Origin: an uncultured Bacteroidales bacterium
Lineage (GTDB): Bacteria; Bacteroidota; Bacteroidia; Bacteroidales; UBA3824
Assembly: GCA_905233995.1 (NCBI GenBank)
Contig: CAJOGF010000009.1
Location: 1 to 42,243, forward strand
Length of the DNA: 42,243 nt
Reading direction: 5' to 3'
The first letter of the stretch is position 1; the number at the start of each line of letters is the position of its first letter. This document shows, one piece after another, positions 26,500-36,693 of this stretch. The notes below the pieces were generated by a model. It ran no database searches. It had not been told where the DNA came from and was given only the letters and a program-made list of their open reading frames with translations. Position numbers and translations under genes: made by a program.

Positions 26500-27399
26500 T
26501 TATTTAATTTCTAAGATTCGGTTTCTATCTGGTAAATCGGGTGCGGCTTGAAGCGGTTCTAACCATAAATTACCATTGTTGTTGAAGATAATTCCTGCAA
26601 GAGAACCCTCTTTTGCAGTTTTGACGTTGGAATCGTCATAATACCTTAGAATCGAAACATGATAACGACCAGTAACATTTGTTGCGTTGCAGCGTGCATG
26701 AAATTCGCCAAAATCTCCCTTTGAAATCACTTCAGCATTGTCTTTGCCTGTGTTGTTTTCGATTATGAAATTAAAAAATTGTTCTTTTCCATTTTTAGAA
26801 TATACGAAATGATGCTCGCCAAGAAACGGATTTACGTAAGGTTTCAAAGCCTTGCATTTGTCTGGACTATATTCTACTATGTTCAAAAATGCTTCTGAAA
26901 ACTTTTCAGCGGCTTTGTCAAAACCATCTGGAGAATGTCCGCCATTGAACTCTATATAGAGTTGTTCGCCTGTTGAAAACGTTGCGCTGATATAAAATTC
27001 AACAATTGGCGGCAGTCCGTTTACATAAACACTCCATTTATTGAAATCAAGTAAACCGCTTTCTTTCAATGCTTTGCTAAGTGTTTGGATATTTTTTGAA
27101 GTGTTTTCGATGTTGAATTGAAATTTTTCGTATTCGCCCTCTGGAGATATGCTTCCTTTCAATGACAAAGAATCTAATTGCATATCGTATTTTATAAACG
27201 ATTGTGTTGACTCTCTGTTATAATAAGTACAATACAATTTTACAACTTCGCCTTTGATGTCTGTTAGCGGTTGAGTTTTTGTATTTTTACTTCTGTAGCC
27301 TCCGCATATTTCGTTTTCATTTCGCATATCAGAATTTATGTTTTGAGCGTTGCTGATTATCGAGAAAACAATCAGCAACAAGATTATTGATATTTTCAT
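26500..27399 (-). CDS. Secreted hypothetical protein
   Basis: 299-aa ORF with the signal peptide MKISIILLLIVFSIISNAQ. No recognisable motif. It lies 4 nt downstream of the GH43 gene on the same strand. Confidence 0.65.
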   Translation of the reverse strand: MKISIILLLIVFSIISNAQNINSDMRNENEICGGYRSKNTKTQPLTDIKGEVVKLYCTYYNRESTQSFIKYDMQLDSLSLKGSISPEGEYEKFQFNIENTSKNIQTLSKALKESGLLDFNKWSVYVNGLPPIVEFYISATFSTGEQLYIEFNGGHSPDGFDKAAEKFSEAFLNIVEYSPDKCKALKPYVNPFLGEHHFVYSKNGKEQFFNFIIENNTGKDNAEVISKGDFGEFHARCNATNVTGRYHVSILRYYDDSNVKTAKEGSLAGIIFNNNGNLWLEPLQAAPDLPDRNRILEIK

Positions 27400-27403
27400 A
27401 AAT

Positions 27404-29059
27404 TTAGTCAGTTAAAAATTGCAATGTTTCAAAACTGCAAATTGACTTGTCTTTTGTTGCTGATTTTATTATGAAAAATAAGGCATGTTTGCCGCTAAAA
27501 TCTTTTAAATCAGAAACATCAACAGTCATTTGTGTGCTTGTTTGCGACATAGAATTTTTTATCTGTAATTCTCCGACTTTTTTTCCGCCTTGACTTTCCC
27601 AAGGTCTGTCAACAAAAACTTCTATTTCGCCGTCAATTCCTTGAGGGATAAGTTCTAAGATAAGTTTTATGTTTTTTTTGCCGTTAAAAGACGAAAAATT
27701 GAAATATTTGTATCCGAGTATTGAACCGTCGGTATTGTGGACAACTGGATTTATATTGTTTTTGACAGCGTATGGCTCTTGAAAATTCGTGTTCGTTCCG
27801 TATGCGGCTTCAACGTAAGGACCATAAAAAACGTTGTTTGGCCATTCATGAACGGCGGGTTTACTTCCTGTGTACCAACATGCTATACCAGCAGGATGAA
27901 GTTCCAATGGGTCAAGACCGTTTATAGAAAAACCTTCCGAATTGTATTCTCCTTCCGAAATCATTACTTTTCCGCCTTTGCCTTCTTCAACGTTGACGGT
28001 AATTGGTGCAACCATAGCCTGTCGTGAAAATTCGTTAAGACCGTTTTGACGATGATAAAATACATACCATTGATTGTTGATTTCGCAAATGCTGCCGTGA
28101 GTGTTTCCGCTTGGATTTCCTGTTGCGATAGGTTTCCCTTCTAAAGAGGTTTCACGTCCGCGACCATCAATTATAGTACCGCCAAAAGTGTAAGGACCGA
28201 GTGGAAAATCGCTGTACGCGTATGCCAAAGTGTAGTTTGTTTCTGGCATTGAAAAATCTCCGTCCTTAGTCCAACGGCTGTAAATAAAAACGTACTTGTC
28301 TTTTATTTTTCTGATTGATGAGGCTTCAAAAAATCTGAAAACACCATCTTGTTTCCAACCTGAAACCATATCTTCTACGATTTTTGTTCCCGGTTTTACG
28401 GTAGCCATTGTTTCGGGATCGAGTTCTGCCGCCATTGAATTTCCAAAGCCCCAATAGCCGTAAACTTTGCCGTCATCGTCCACAAAAACAGCGGGGTCAA
28501 ATCTCAAAACGCCGACAGTAGAATCTGGGTTTTCTTTTGACCAGTTGCAAACTTCAAAAGGTCCGTCAGGTCGTTTGCTTTTTGCAACCATGCCTTGTCG
28601 TCCGCCCTCTTGATTGTTAGGATAGAGATAGTAAGTTTTTTCTCCGTTTGAATCTATTTTGAGTGCTACGTCGGGTGCAAAAAGAACGTTTCCTTGTTCG
28701 TAAGGCTCGCCTAAAGCGTTTTTGGTAACGCTGAAGATTTCTCCATCATAACGCCATTTTGTAAGGCTATCAACGGAGGCTGACCATACAACGAGTTCTC
28801 TTCCACAGTAGTCTGTTATGCGGCTGTCATGGCTTCCGTAAATGTAGACTCGTTTTTTCCCGGGATTGTCGGGGTCGTCAAAAACGTATGGTTCTCCGTC
28901 TGGAATATGTTCCCAAAGCGGAAGATACGGATTTCCAATCGTTGTGAAAACGGTTTGTTTTTTTACATTCTGAGTGTTTGTTTCATTAGTACAGGACGAG
29001 TAGAGTCCAACGCCGCAGAGTGTAACGGCTGAAAGTAAAGCATAGTGTAATTTGTTCAT
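27404..29059 (-). CDS. Glycoside hydrolase family 43 (beta-xylosidase / alpha-L-arabinofuranosidase type) lipoprotein
   Basis: Lipobox GLYSSC. The N-terminal block NPYLPLWEHIPDGEPYVFDDPDNPGKKRVYIYGSHD is characteristic of a GH43 subfamily as I remember it. Five-bladed propeller length plus a C-terminal beta-sandwich. Confidence 0.75.
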   Translation of the reverse strand: MNKLHYALLSAVTLCGVGLYSSCTNETNTQNVKKQTVFTTIGNPYLPLWEHIPDGEPYVFDDPDNPGKKRVYIYGSHDSRITDYCGRELVVWSASVDSLTKWRYDGEIFSVTKNALGEPYEQGNVLFAPDVALKIDSNGEKTYYLYPNNQEGGRQGMVAKSKRPDGPFEVCNWSKENPDSTVGVLRFDPAVFVDDDGKVYGYWGFGNSMAAELDPETMATVKPGTKIVEDMVSGWKQDGVFRFFEASSIRKIKDKYVFIYSRWTKDGDFSMPETNYTLAYAYSDFPLGPYTFGGTIIDGRGRETSLEGKPIATGNPSGNTHGSICEINNQWYVFYHRQNGLNEFSRQAMVAPITVNVEEGKGGKVMISEGEYNSEGFSINGLDPLELHPAGIACWYTGSKPAVHEWPNNVFYGPYVEAAYGTNTNFQEPYAVKNNINPVVHNTDGSILGYKYFNFSSFNGKKNIKLILELIPQGIDGEIEVFVDRPWESQGGKKVGELQIKNSMSQTSTQMTVDVSDLKDFSGKHALFFIIKSATKDKSICSFETLQFLTD

Positions 29060-29081
29060 AGAAAGTAACTTTATTATACAA

Positions 29082-29118
29082 AAAAAGCCGTTGCGATTTT
29101 TTTTTCGTACGGCTTTTT
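29082..29118 (-). terminator. Rho-independent terminator downstream of tRNA-Ser
   Basis: 10-bp stem: aaaaagccgt (29082-29091) pairs with acggcttttt (29109-29118). On the minus strand the stem is followed by a T-run. Confidence 0.6.
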
Positions 29119-29157
29119 CTGTGTATTGTTTAACAATTTATTGCATATTCAATAATG

Positions 29158-29244
29158 CGGAGAATGAGGGATTCGAACCCCCGGTAAGGTTGCCCCTACA
29201 CCGCATTTCGAGTGCGGCTCATTCGACCACTCTGACAACTCTCC
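29158..29244 (-). tRNA. tRNA-Ser (anticodon CGA)
   Basis: The reverse complement folds as a cloverleaf: acceptor GGAGAGT/ATTCTCC, anticodon stem CCGCA/TGCGG with loop CU-CGA-AA, a long variable arm (GTAGGGGCAACCTTACC), and T arm GGGGG-TTCGAAT-CCCTC. 87 nt, with no encoded CCA. Confidence 0.92.
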
Positions 29245-29326
29245 TTGCTTTTTCTAAAACGTTGCAAATTTAGATATAATTTTTTTAATAAAGAAATTTT
29301 TTTTCAAAAAAAACTGAAATATTTTG

Positions 29327-29334
29327 TATTTTTG
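29327..29334 (+). promoter_or_regulatory. -7 box TATTTTTG
   Basis: TAnnTTTG match 31 nt upstream of ATG 29365. Confidence 0.45.
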
Positions 29335-29364
29335 CAACAGTTTTTTATGTAATTTATTATAATT

Positions 29365-30135
29365 ATGACACTTGACGATAAAGAATTAAAAGAATTTTTG
29401 GAAGAGAAATATTGTCAGTACAATACGCCTAAATTTATTGAAAGCGACCCCATTCAGATTCCGCATCTTTTTTCTTTGAGAGAAGATATTGAAATTTCCG
29501 CTTTCCTTGTCTCTTTAATTGCTTGGGGACGACGAGAAATGATTATCAAGAATGCAAAAAAAATGATTGAAATTTGTGGTGAATCACCATACGATTTTGT
29601 TATGAATTTTTCAATTGACAAAATAGATAAAATTCCACAATTTGTTCATAGAACTTTTCAACATGCTGATTTTATGTACACTTTGGCTTCTTTAAAAAAT
29701 ATTTATGAAAATTACGGTGGACTTAAAAATGTTTTTGAAACAGGTTTCAAAGAAACTAAAAGTGTAAAAGGTGCTTTAATAAAATTTAGAGAAATATTTT
29801 TCAAAGCAAACTTCCCTTTACGAACTCAAAAACATATTGCTGATGTTGCAAAAGGCTCTGCTGGTAAGCGTCTGAATATGTTTCTTATGTGGCTTTCTCG
29901 AAAGGACAAAGCGGGTGTCCATTTTGGTCTTTGGGACATTCCTACTTCTGAATTAATGTTACCTTTGGATACTCATACTGCTAACACTGGGCGTAAACTT
30001 GGTTTTATAACTCGAAAGCAAAACGATTGGAAAACGGTAGAGGAGATTACTTCTAATTTGCGTCGTTTTGACCCGTTGGACCCTGTAAAATATGATTTTG
30101 CGCTTTTTGGTTTAGGAATTTTTGAAAAGTTTTAA
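29365..30135 (+). CDS. TIGR02757/DUF2400 family protein
   Basis: 256 aa. LKEFLEEKYCQYNTPKFIESDPIQIPH and IAWGRREMII match my memory of this family. Confidence 0.65.
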   Translation: MTLDDKELKEFLEEKYCQYNTPKFIESDPIQIPHLFSLREDIEISAFLVSLIAWGRREMIIKNAKKMIEICGESPYDFVMNFSIDKIDKIPQFVHRTFQHADFMYTLASLKNIYENYGGLKNVFETGFKETKSVKGALIKFREIFFKANFPLRTQKHIADVAKGSAGKRLNMFLMWLSRKDKAGVHFGLWDIPTSELMLPLDTHTANTGRKLGFITRKQNDWKTVEEITSNLRRFDPLDPVKYDFALFGLGIFEKF

Positions 30136-30138
30136 AGA

Positions 30139-30849
30139 ATGTCAAACGGTTATTTTCGGTTTCAACAATTTGAGATTAAGCAAGATAAAACTGCAATGAA
30201 AGTTTCTACCGACGGTATCTTGTTAGGAAGTCTTTGTGATTTTTCTTTGTCCACAAATATTTTTGACATTGGCACCGGGACTGGTTTAATTGCTTTGATG
30301 TCGGCTCAGAGGTCAAAAGCGAAAATTTCCGCTGTTGAAATAGATAAGGACGCTTTTTTGCAAGCACAAGAAAATGTTTTAAATTCAAAATTTGCTTTGA
30401 GAATCAAGGTTTTTAACGATGATTTCTTGAACTTTTATAACTATTGTAACGAAAAATTTGATTATATAGTTTCAAATCCGCCATTTTTTGAAAATTCTTA
30501 TAAATCAAATGATTATAAACGAAATTTTGCGCGTCATACCGATAGTTTGCCTTTTGAAAAGATGATTTTAGGCGTTAAAAAACTTCTGTCGGAAGACGGT
30601 TTTTTTTCGGTTATAATTCCAAACAAATGCAGTTTGGATTTTATTAAAATTTGTGCTTTAAACGGTATTCATTTAACACGTAAAACAAAAATTTTTTCAA
30701 AACAAAATTCTGTAGAATTAAGACATGTCTTAACGTTTTCAAAACAAATCCTTCCTTTCAATAAAAATGAAATAATAATTTATAATGAAAATGGCTTGTA
30801 TACAGAATGTTATAAAAACTTAACGAAAGATTTTTATTTTAAATTTTAA
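30139..30849 (+). CDS. trmN6: tRNA (adenine-N6)-methyltransferase, TrmN6/YfiC-like
   Basis: FRFQQFEIKQDKTAMKVSTDGILLG N-terminus, SAM motif DIGTGTGLIAL, and the N6-adenine MTase motif NPPFF. Confidence 0.75.
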   Translation: MSNGYFRFQQFEIKQDKTAMKVSTDGILLGSLCDFSLSTNIFDIGTGTGLIALMSAQRSKAKISAVEIDKDAFLQAQENVLNSKFALRIKVFNDDFLNFYNYCNEKFDYIVSNPPFFENSYKSNDYKRNFARHTDSLPFEKMILGVKKLLSEDGFFSVIIPNKCSLDFIKICALNGIHLTRKTKIFSKQNSVELRHVLTFSKQILPFNKNEIIIYNENGLYTECYKNLTKDFYFKF

Positions 30850-31286
30850 AATTCAGCGGCTAAAGATATCGTTAAAATATTTTTTTTGTTGAAAAAATAG
30901 CCGCCAATTTCAAAAACGGGTCTTAACGGAATTAGTTTGCCGCTTTCAAAAGCGATTTTTGGACTTAAAACGAAACATCTCTCTTTCAGCATATAACCTG
31001 TTGACAACCATAATGCTGGCGTTAAAATTTTTTTGCCAAACGGTCTTAATCTTAAATCTCCCAAAAAAGAGCATTTAAATTTTTTTTCTTCCATCATAAA
31101 GGTTGTTGACGAACCAAAAGATAAATGATTTTCAAGGTTGTAAATATAACTGAAATTGCTGAAAATCAATTTGTTGAAACCATATCCTAAGGACATTTTA
31201 CCTGTAAACCAACCGTCATCGCATTGAGAAAATGCGGTTTGAAATTTTAAAACAATTGCAAACAAAAATAATATTTTTTTTATCAT
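30846..31286 (-). CDS. Small secreted/outer-membrane hypothetical protein
   Basis: Signal peptide MIKKILFLFAIVLKFQTAFSQ, beta-rich sequence, and a C-terminal ...LAAEF aromatic end. The start is set at the internal ATG 31286. A TAACTTTG box lies 25 nt upstream. Confidence 0.55.
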   Translation of the reverse strand: MIKKILFLFAIVLKFQTAFSQCDDGWFTGKMSLGYGFNKLIFSNFSYIYNLENHLSFGSSTTFMMEEKKFKCSFLGDLRLRPFGKKILTPALWLSTGYMLKERCFVLSPKIAFESGKLIPLRPVFEIGGYFFNKKNILTISLAAEF

Positions 31287-31310
31287 TTTTAAGTATGTAA
31301 TATTTTGAGA

Positions 31311-31318
31311 CAAAGTTA
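31311..31318 (-). promoter_or_regulatory. -7 box TAACTTTG
   Basis: Plus strand reads caaagtta, 25 nt upstream of the start at 31286. Confidence 0.4.
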
Positions 31319-31381
31319 ACAAAAAATATTTTCTCTTTTTTTGATAATTGTCAAATCAAACAAAATAGAGAGAAAAAGAAT

Positions 31382-32299
31382 ATGCCGTTAAATATTCCTG
31401 ATAAACTTCCGGCAATAGAGTTGCTGAAAAAAGAAAATATTTTTGTAATCGATCATTCCAAGGCTAAAAGTCAAGATATTAGACCGTTGAAAATAGCGAT
31501 ATTGAATCTTATGCCTATTAAAATCACTACGGAAACCGATTTGATAAGGCTTTTATCTAATTCGCCTTTGCAAATTGAAATTGATTTTATAAAAACTAAG
31601 AGTCATACTTCAAAAAATACTCCGATAGAGCATTTGATGCAGTTTTATATTGATTTCGATGATATTCAAAATCACAAATACGATGGTCTGATAATCACTG
31701 GTGCTCCTGTGGAACAGATTGAATATGAGGATGTTAATTATTGGAGCGAACTTTGTGAAATTTTTGATTGGGCAAAAGAAAACGTTACGGCTCGAATGTT
31801 TATTTGTTGGGGTGCATGTGCTGCTCTTTACTATTATCACAATGTGCCAAAACATTCAACAGAAAAAAAAGTTTTTGGCGTTTTTGAGCATAAAGTTTTA
31901 GAGCCGTTAAATCCAATTTTTAGAGGTTTTGACGACATTTTTTATGTTCCACATTCTCGACATACAGAGGTTTGGCGTCAGGAAATTGACAAAGTTTCTG
32001 CATTGAAAGTGCTTGCAGAAAGTAAAGATGCGGGTGTTTATATGGTGATGTCAAAAGATGGCAGGGATTTGTTTTTAACAGGTCATGCCGAATACAATCC
32101 TTTGACTCTTGATACTGAATATAAAAGAGACTTGTCAAAGGGGCTAAAAATTGACATTCCCGTAAATTATTATCCTTACAACGATCCTGATTTTAAGCCG
32201 GTTGTCCGTTGGCGAAGTACTGCTAACTTAATGTTCAACAATTGGTTAAATTATTTTGTATATCAGGCAACTCCTTATAATATTGAGGATATTAAATAA
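31382..32299 (+). CDS. metA: Homoserine O-acyltransferase (MetA family)
   Basis: [36 protein letters not shown], the catalytic FICWGA region and VPHSRHT. Confidence 0.9.
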   Translation: MPLNIPDKLPAIELLKKENIFVIDHSKAKSQDIRPLKIAILNLMPIKITTETDLIRLLSNSPLQIEIDFIKTKSHTSKNTPIEHLMQFYIDFDDIQNHKYDGLIITGAPVEQIEYEDVNYWSELCEIFDWAKENVTARMFICWGACAALYYYHNVPKHSTEKKVFGVFEHKVLEPLNPIFRGFDDIFYVPHSRHTEVWRQEIDKVSALKVLAESKDAGVYMVMSKDGRDLFLTGHAEYNPLTLDTEYKRDLSKGLKIDIPVNYYPYNDPDFKPVVRWRSTANLMFNNWLNYFVYQATPYNIEDIK

Positions 32300-32309
32300 A
32301 AAAATTATC

Positions 32310-33617
32310 ATGGAAAAACAACTTTATGCTGTAACAGGTAATCCTGTGCTACATTCTTTAAGCCCCGTGCTTATGAATTATGCCGCTAAAAATCAGGGAC
32401 TTAACTTTCGATATTTGCGTCTTACGGCTTTGTCCGCCGAGGAAGCATTGAGAAGTTTTAAGCAACTTAATTTAAAGGGGCTTAACGTAACAGCACCTTT
32501 CAAACAGGATGTTATAAAATATCTTGATTTTTTGACACCTAATGCTCAAAAAGCCAGTGCTGTAAATTGTATATATTATTCTTCTGACAAAAAACTTTGC
32601 GGCGACAACACTGATATTACTGGCGTTGAATTGTCATTGAAACAATATCCTGAATATCTAAAACAGGGTAAACTTCTTGTTATTGGCTCTGGTGGTGCAG
32701 TGCCGGCGGTTGTGATTGCTGGTCAAAATTTGGGTCTTGAAGTTACAATTGCTGCTCGAAATCAAGAAAAACTTTCAGTTTTGAAAGAAAAATTTAATGT
32801 TATCTGCACCGATTTAAATGGTATTGAAAATTGGGTAAATAATTATGAAATTATTGTTCAAGCCTTGCCTTCGGGAGTAAAAGTTTTTGAGCCGAGTGTT
32901 TTGAACAAAAACCATGTTGTATTGGATGCAAATTATAAGGATTCAATTTTTGAAGAGAGTTCAAAAAAAATTGGTTTTAAATTTTTGAGCGGAAAAAATT
33001 GGCTTGTAAATCAAGCGGTTCCGGCTTTTGAAAATTTTACCTCTCAAAGCACTTCCGATAAAATTATGTATAAGGCGTTGGACGAAAAACCGTTTGTTTT
33101 TTCTCAGCGTATTGCGTTGTCGGGATTTATGGGTGTCGGCAAAACGACTTCTGGCAGACAGTTAGCGGCTCTTACGGGTTATAAGTTTATTGATTCTGAC
33201 GACGAAATCGAAAAAGAGACTGGCAAAAAAAATTCGCAAATTTTTGCAGAAAAAGGCGAAGAATATTTTCGTCAACTTGAAACTGAATTTTTGAAAACAT
33301 TGTCAAAAGAGACCAAAATTATACTTTCTTGTGGAGGTGGTACAGTAAAAACTGAAGAAAACCGCAAAATACTTGGCGAAAATTTTCTTAATCTTTGGCT
33401 TTATGCACCAGTAGAGTATTGTCTTGACGGTCTTGATGTTAGTAACCGTCCGCTTTTGCAGTGCGATAATCCTCTTGAAAAAGCCCGTGAAATGTTTTTA
33501 GGACGTGTTTCTAATTATGCTGATGCCGCATTTGCAATTGTGAATGTTGAAAATCTAAATAGAAATCAAATAGCAGAAAAAATTTATGGACAAATTAGTA
33601 AAACCTTCAAAATATAA
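32310..33617 (+). CDS. Bifunctional shikimate dehydrogenase (AroE) / shikimate kinase (AroK) fusion
   Basis: The N-terminal half has GNPVLHSLSP, LNVTAPFK, NTD and GSGGA (AroE). The C-terminal half has the Walker A GFMGVGKTTSGRQLA, DSD, and GGG in SCGGGTV (AroK). The start is set at ATG 32310. Confidence 0.85.
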   Translation: MEKQLYAVTGNPVLHSLSPVLMNYAAKNQGLNFRYLRLTALSAEEALRSFKQLNLKGLNVTAPFKQDVIKYLDFLTPNAQKASAVNCIYYSSDKKLCGDNTDITGVELSLKQYPEYLKQGKLLVIGSGGAVPAVVIAGQNLGLEVTIAARNQEKLSVLKEKFNVICTDLNGIENWVNNYEIIVQALPSGVKVFEPSVLNKNHVVLDANYKDSIFEESSKKIGFKFLSGKNWLVNQAVPAFENFTSQSTSDKIMYKALDEKPFVFSQRIALSGFMGVGKTTSGRQLAALTGYKFIDSDDEIEKETGKKNSQIFAEKGEEYFRQLETEFLKTLSKETKIILSCGGGTVKTEENRKILGENFLNLWLYAPVEYCLDGLDVSNRPLLQCDNPLEKAREMFLGRVSNYADAAFAIVNVENLNRNQIAEKIYGQISKTFKI

Positions 33618-34811
33618 CGCTGAATTAATAATTCCATCGTCAAAAAGTTATATGCAGAGAGCGGTTGCACTTGCAATCCTTTCAAGTGGTACAACGGTGC
33701 TTGAAAATCCTGATTTAAGTGAGGATTCTTCTTCAGCCCTAAAAATTGCAGAAGATTTGGGCTGCAAAGTTGAAAGAAAGCCGTCAACAATAGAGATTAC
33801 TCCTTGTGGAGAAATCAAAACTTCCGAAATTAGTGTTGGAGAGGCAGGGTTGGGGTTGTTTGTTCGCTTTTTGGAAAAGATTTAACTATTTCAGGCAGCG
33901 GTTCTTTGCTCAATAGACCTATGACAATGTTAGAGCAACCGATGAAAGAATTAGGTGTAAAAGTATCTCTTACGAATGGTTATGTCCCGCTAAAAATTAG
34001 TGGAAAATTAAAAGGTGGACATATTAAAATTAATGGTAGTGAATCTTCTCAATTTCTAACGGGGCTTCTTATAGCCTTGCCTAAAGCCGAAAATGATTCT
34101 GTCATAGAGGTGGAAAATTTGAAAAGCATCCCATACATCAAGATGACGGCTGATATAATTGAGAGGTTCTCTGCAAATGTCGAAATCATTGATTATAAGG
34201 TTTTTAAAATCAAGGGAAATCAAAATTATAAAGCGTGTCATTATCAGGTTGAAGGCGATTGGAGTAGTGCGGCGGCACATCTCGTGGCGGCTTCTGTTGC
34301 CGGAAAAGCGGTTGTTAAGGGGCTTAATTCGTTGTCGCTTCAGGCAGATAGAGTAATTCTTGAAGTTTTGAATATGGTTGGGGCAAATGTCAGTGTTTTA
34401 GACAACGAAATTGTTGTTGAAAAAAATAATTTACATTCTTTTGTTTTTGACGCTACAAATTCTCCTGACTTGTTTCCAGTGTTGGCATCTTTGGCATCAA
34501 ATTGTGAAGGAATAAGTATTATAAAAGGTGTTAACAGATTGGCACACAAGGAGTCAGATAGGGCATTGTCGATAAAAGAGGAGTTTCAGAAATTGGGTAT
34601 TAATGTTGAATTGGACGGCGATTTTATGAAAATTCAAGGCGGAAAAATTCAAGGCGGAAAAATTGTTTCTTCAAGAAATGACCACAGAATGGCTTTTGCT
34701 TTGGCTGTTGCTGCTCTAAATGCAAATAAGGAAATACAAATAACTGATGCTCAGTCGGTTAAAAAATCGTATCCAAAGTTTTGGGAAGATTTTTCTAATT
34801 CGGTTAACTAA
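33586..34811 (+). pseudogene. aroA: 3-phosphoshikimate 1-carboxyvinyltransferase (EPSP synthase), interrupted near 33850-33865
   Basis: N-terminal ORF: IIPSSKSYMQRAVALAIL...VGEAGLGL, then out-of-frame residues and a stop at 33883-33885. The continuation CSLFGKDLTISGSGSLLNRPM...NDHRMAFALAV...SYPKFWEDF is in another frame. About 4 residues, including the conserved Arg after the G-x-G-loop, appear to be missing. Confidence 0.75.
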
Positions 34812-34826
34812 TTCAAAAAAAATATG

Positions 34827-34834
34827 TAATTTTG
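34827..34834 (+). promoter_or_regulatory. -7 box TAATTTTG upstream of mrdA
   Basis: TAnnTTTG match 36 nt upstream of ATG 34870. Confidence 0.45.
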
Positions 34835-34869
34835 TCTTGTTTTCTTTTATTTTTTTTTAACAAGGAAAA

Positions 34870-36676
34870 ATGAACCCACTTATTTATTCTAACAGGAAAT
34901 TTATAATAGGTACGATTTTTTGTGTTATAGCCTTGATTTATGTCATTAAATTGTTTACAATTCAGGGCTGAAAGCAATGTTTTTCGTAAGGTTATTGACT
35001 ATCCAGCAAGGGGGCTTGTATTCGATAGAAATGGTAAATTGTTAGTTTCAAATGAGAGTACCTACGATGTACTTGTTACGCCTAATAGGGTAGAAGAGTT
35101 TGACACGTTGGATTTGTGCAATATTCTTGGCATTACGATTGAAACTTTTAGAACTGAATATAAAAAAGCCGTTAAGTATGCCCGTTATAAAGAAAGCGTA
35201 ATTTTCAAGCAACTTACTAAGCGACGGTATTCTAATCTTCAGGAGAAAATGTATAAGTTTCCGGGTTTTAATGTTCAGAAACGTACGGCTCGACATTATG
35301 AATATCCGTATGCAGCGCATGTTTTAGGTTATATTCGTGAGGCTGATACTGCTCTGATTGCTCGCGAACCTTATTACAAACCCGGTGATTATGTTGGGGT
35401 CTCTGGTATTGAAAAGTCATACGAGAAACAACTTCGTGGTGTAAAAGGTCTGAAAATTTATGTCGTTGACGTAAAAAACAGAATACAAGGCAAATATAAA
35501 GATGGCAAATTTGATTCAACTGCTGTTGTTGGTGAAAATGTTACTTCAACCCTTGATATTGATCTTCAGGTTTATGGCGAAAAATTAATGCAAAATAAGG
35601 TTGGGGCAATAGTTGCGATAGAACCTTCCTCTGGTGAAATCTTGGCTTTGGTTTCAACACCGGGTTACGATCCTAATTTGCTGATTGGTAGTGATATGAC
35701 TGCTAATTATATGAAGTTGGTAAGAGATCGTTTTCGACCGATGTACAATCGTGCAATTATGGGGTGTTATCCTCCGGGCTCTACTTTTAAGACTATAAAT
35801 GCGCTAATTGGTCTTCAGGAGGGTGTCATTAAAACTAATACTTCTTTTCCTTGCAACGGAGGTTTTAGTATCGGAAGGCATGTCGTAAAATGTCATCATG
35901 GCGGTTCGCTTGACCTTGTTTCGGCAATTCAGCACTCTTGTAATGCGTATTTTTGTCATGAGTTTAACAAAATTATTGACGATAAAAAATATAAACGTGC
36001 TGATACTGCTTATTCTAATTGGCGCAGAAGGGTTCAGTCCTTCGGTTTGGGAAAAAAACTTGGTTCTGACCTTTCTCAAGAGGTAAACGGAATTATTTAT
36101 TCAAAAGATTATTTCAATAGGTTTTATGGTGAGGGGCATTGGAGTGCGTTTACTATAATATCATTGTCGATTGGACAGGGCGAACTTAGTTTTTCTCCTT
36201 TGCAGATTTGTAATGCTTGTGCTACGATTGCAAACCGTGGACACTATTTTATTCCGCATATTGTCAAGACCATAGGAAAAGACCAAAAGGTTGACGAACG
36301 ATTTTATCAACCGCAAGAAACTGGAATTGAAGACGAATATTTTGAAACAGTAATCCAAGGTATGTATCAGGTTTGTGAAATGGGTACAGGACGCTCTGCA
36401 AGAGTTCCCGGTGTAAAAGTCTGTGGAAAGACAGGAACGGCTCAAAACCCGCACGGAAAAGACCACTCAATTTTCGAGGCTTTTGCACCTATGGAAAATC
36501 CTAAAATTGCGATTGCCGTTTATGTTGAAAACGGTGGTTTCGGTGCTACATACGCCGCCCCGATTGCTGGTTTGATGATTGAAAAATATCTTAACGATAC
36601 TATTACACGAAAAGATGTTGAACAAAGAATGTTCAACGCAAATCTTATGGATCTTAACGCACAGATGAAAAACTAA
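34870..36676 (+). pseudogene. mrdA: Penicillin-binding protein 2 (elongasome transpeptidase), with the N-terminal membrane anchor separated by a frameshift near 34965-34970
   Basis: ATG 34870 encodes MNPLIYSNRKFIIGTIFCVIALIYVIKLFTIQG and then stops. The body (AESNVFRKVIDYPARGLVFDRNGK..., active-site STFK, SCN, KTGTA) is in another frame and has no TM anchor. Confidence 0.75.
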
Positions 36677-36693
36677 AAAAAAATTAAGACAAA

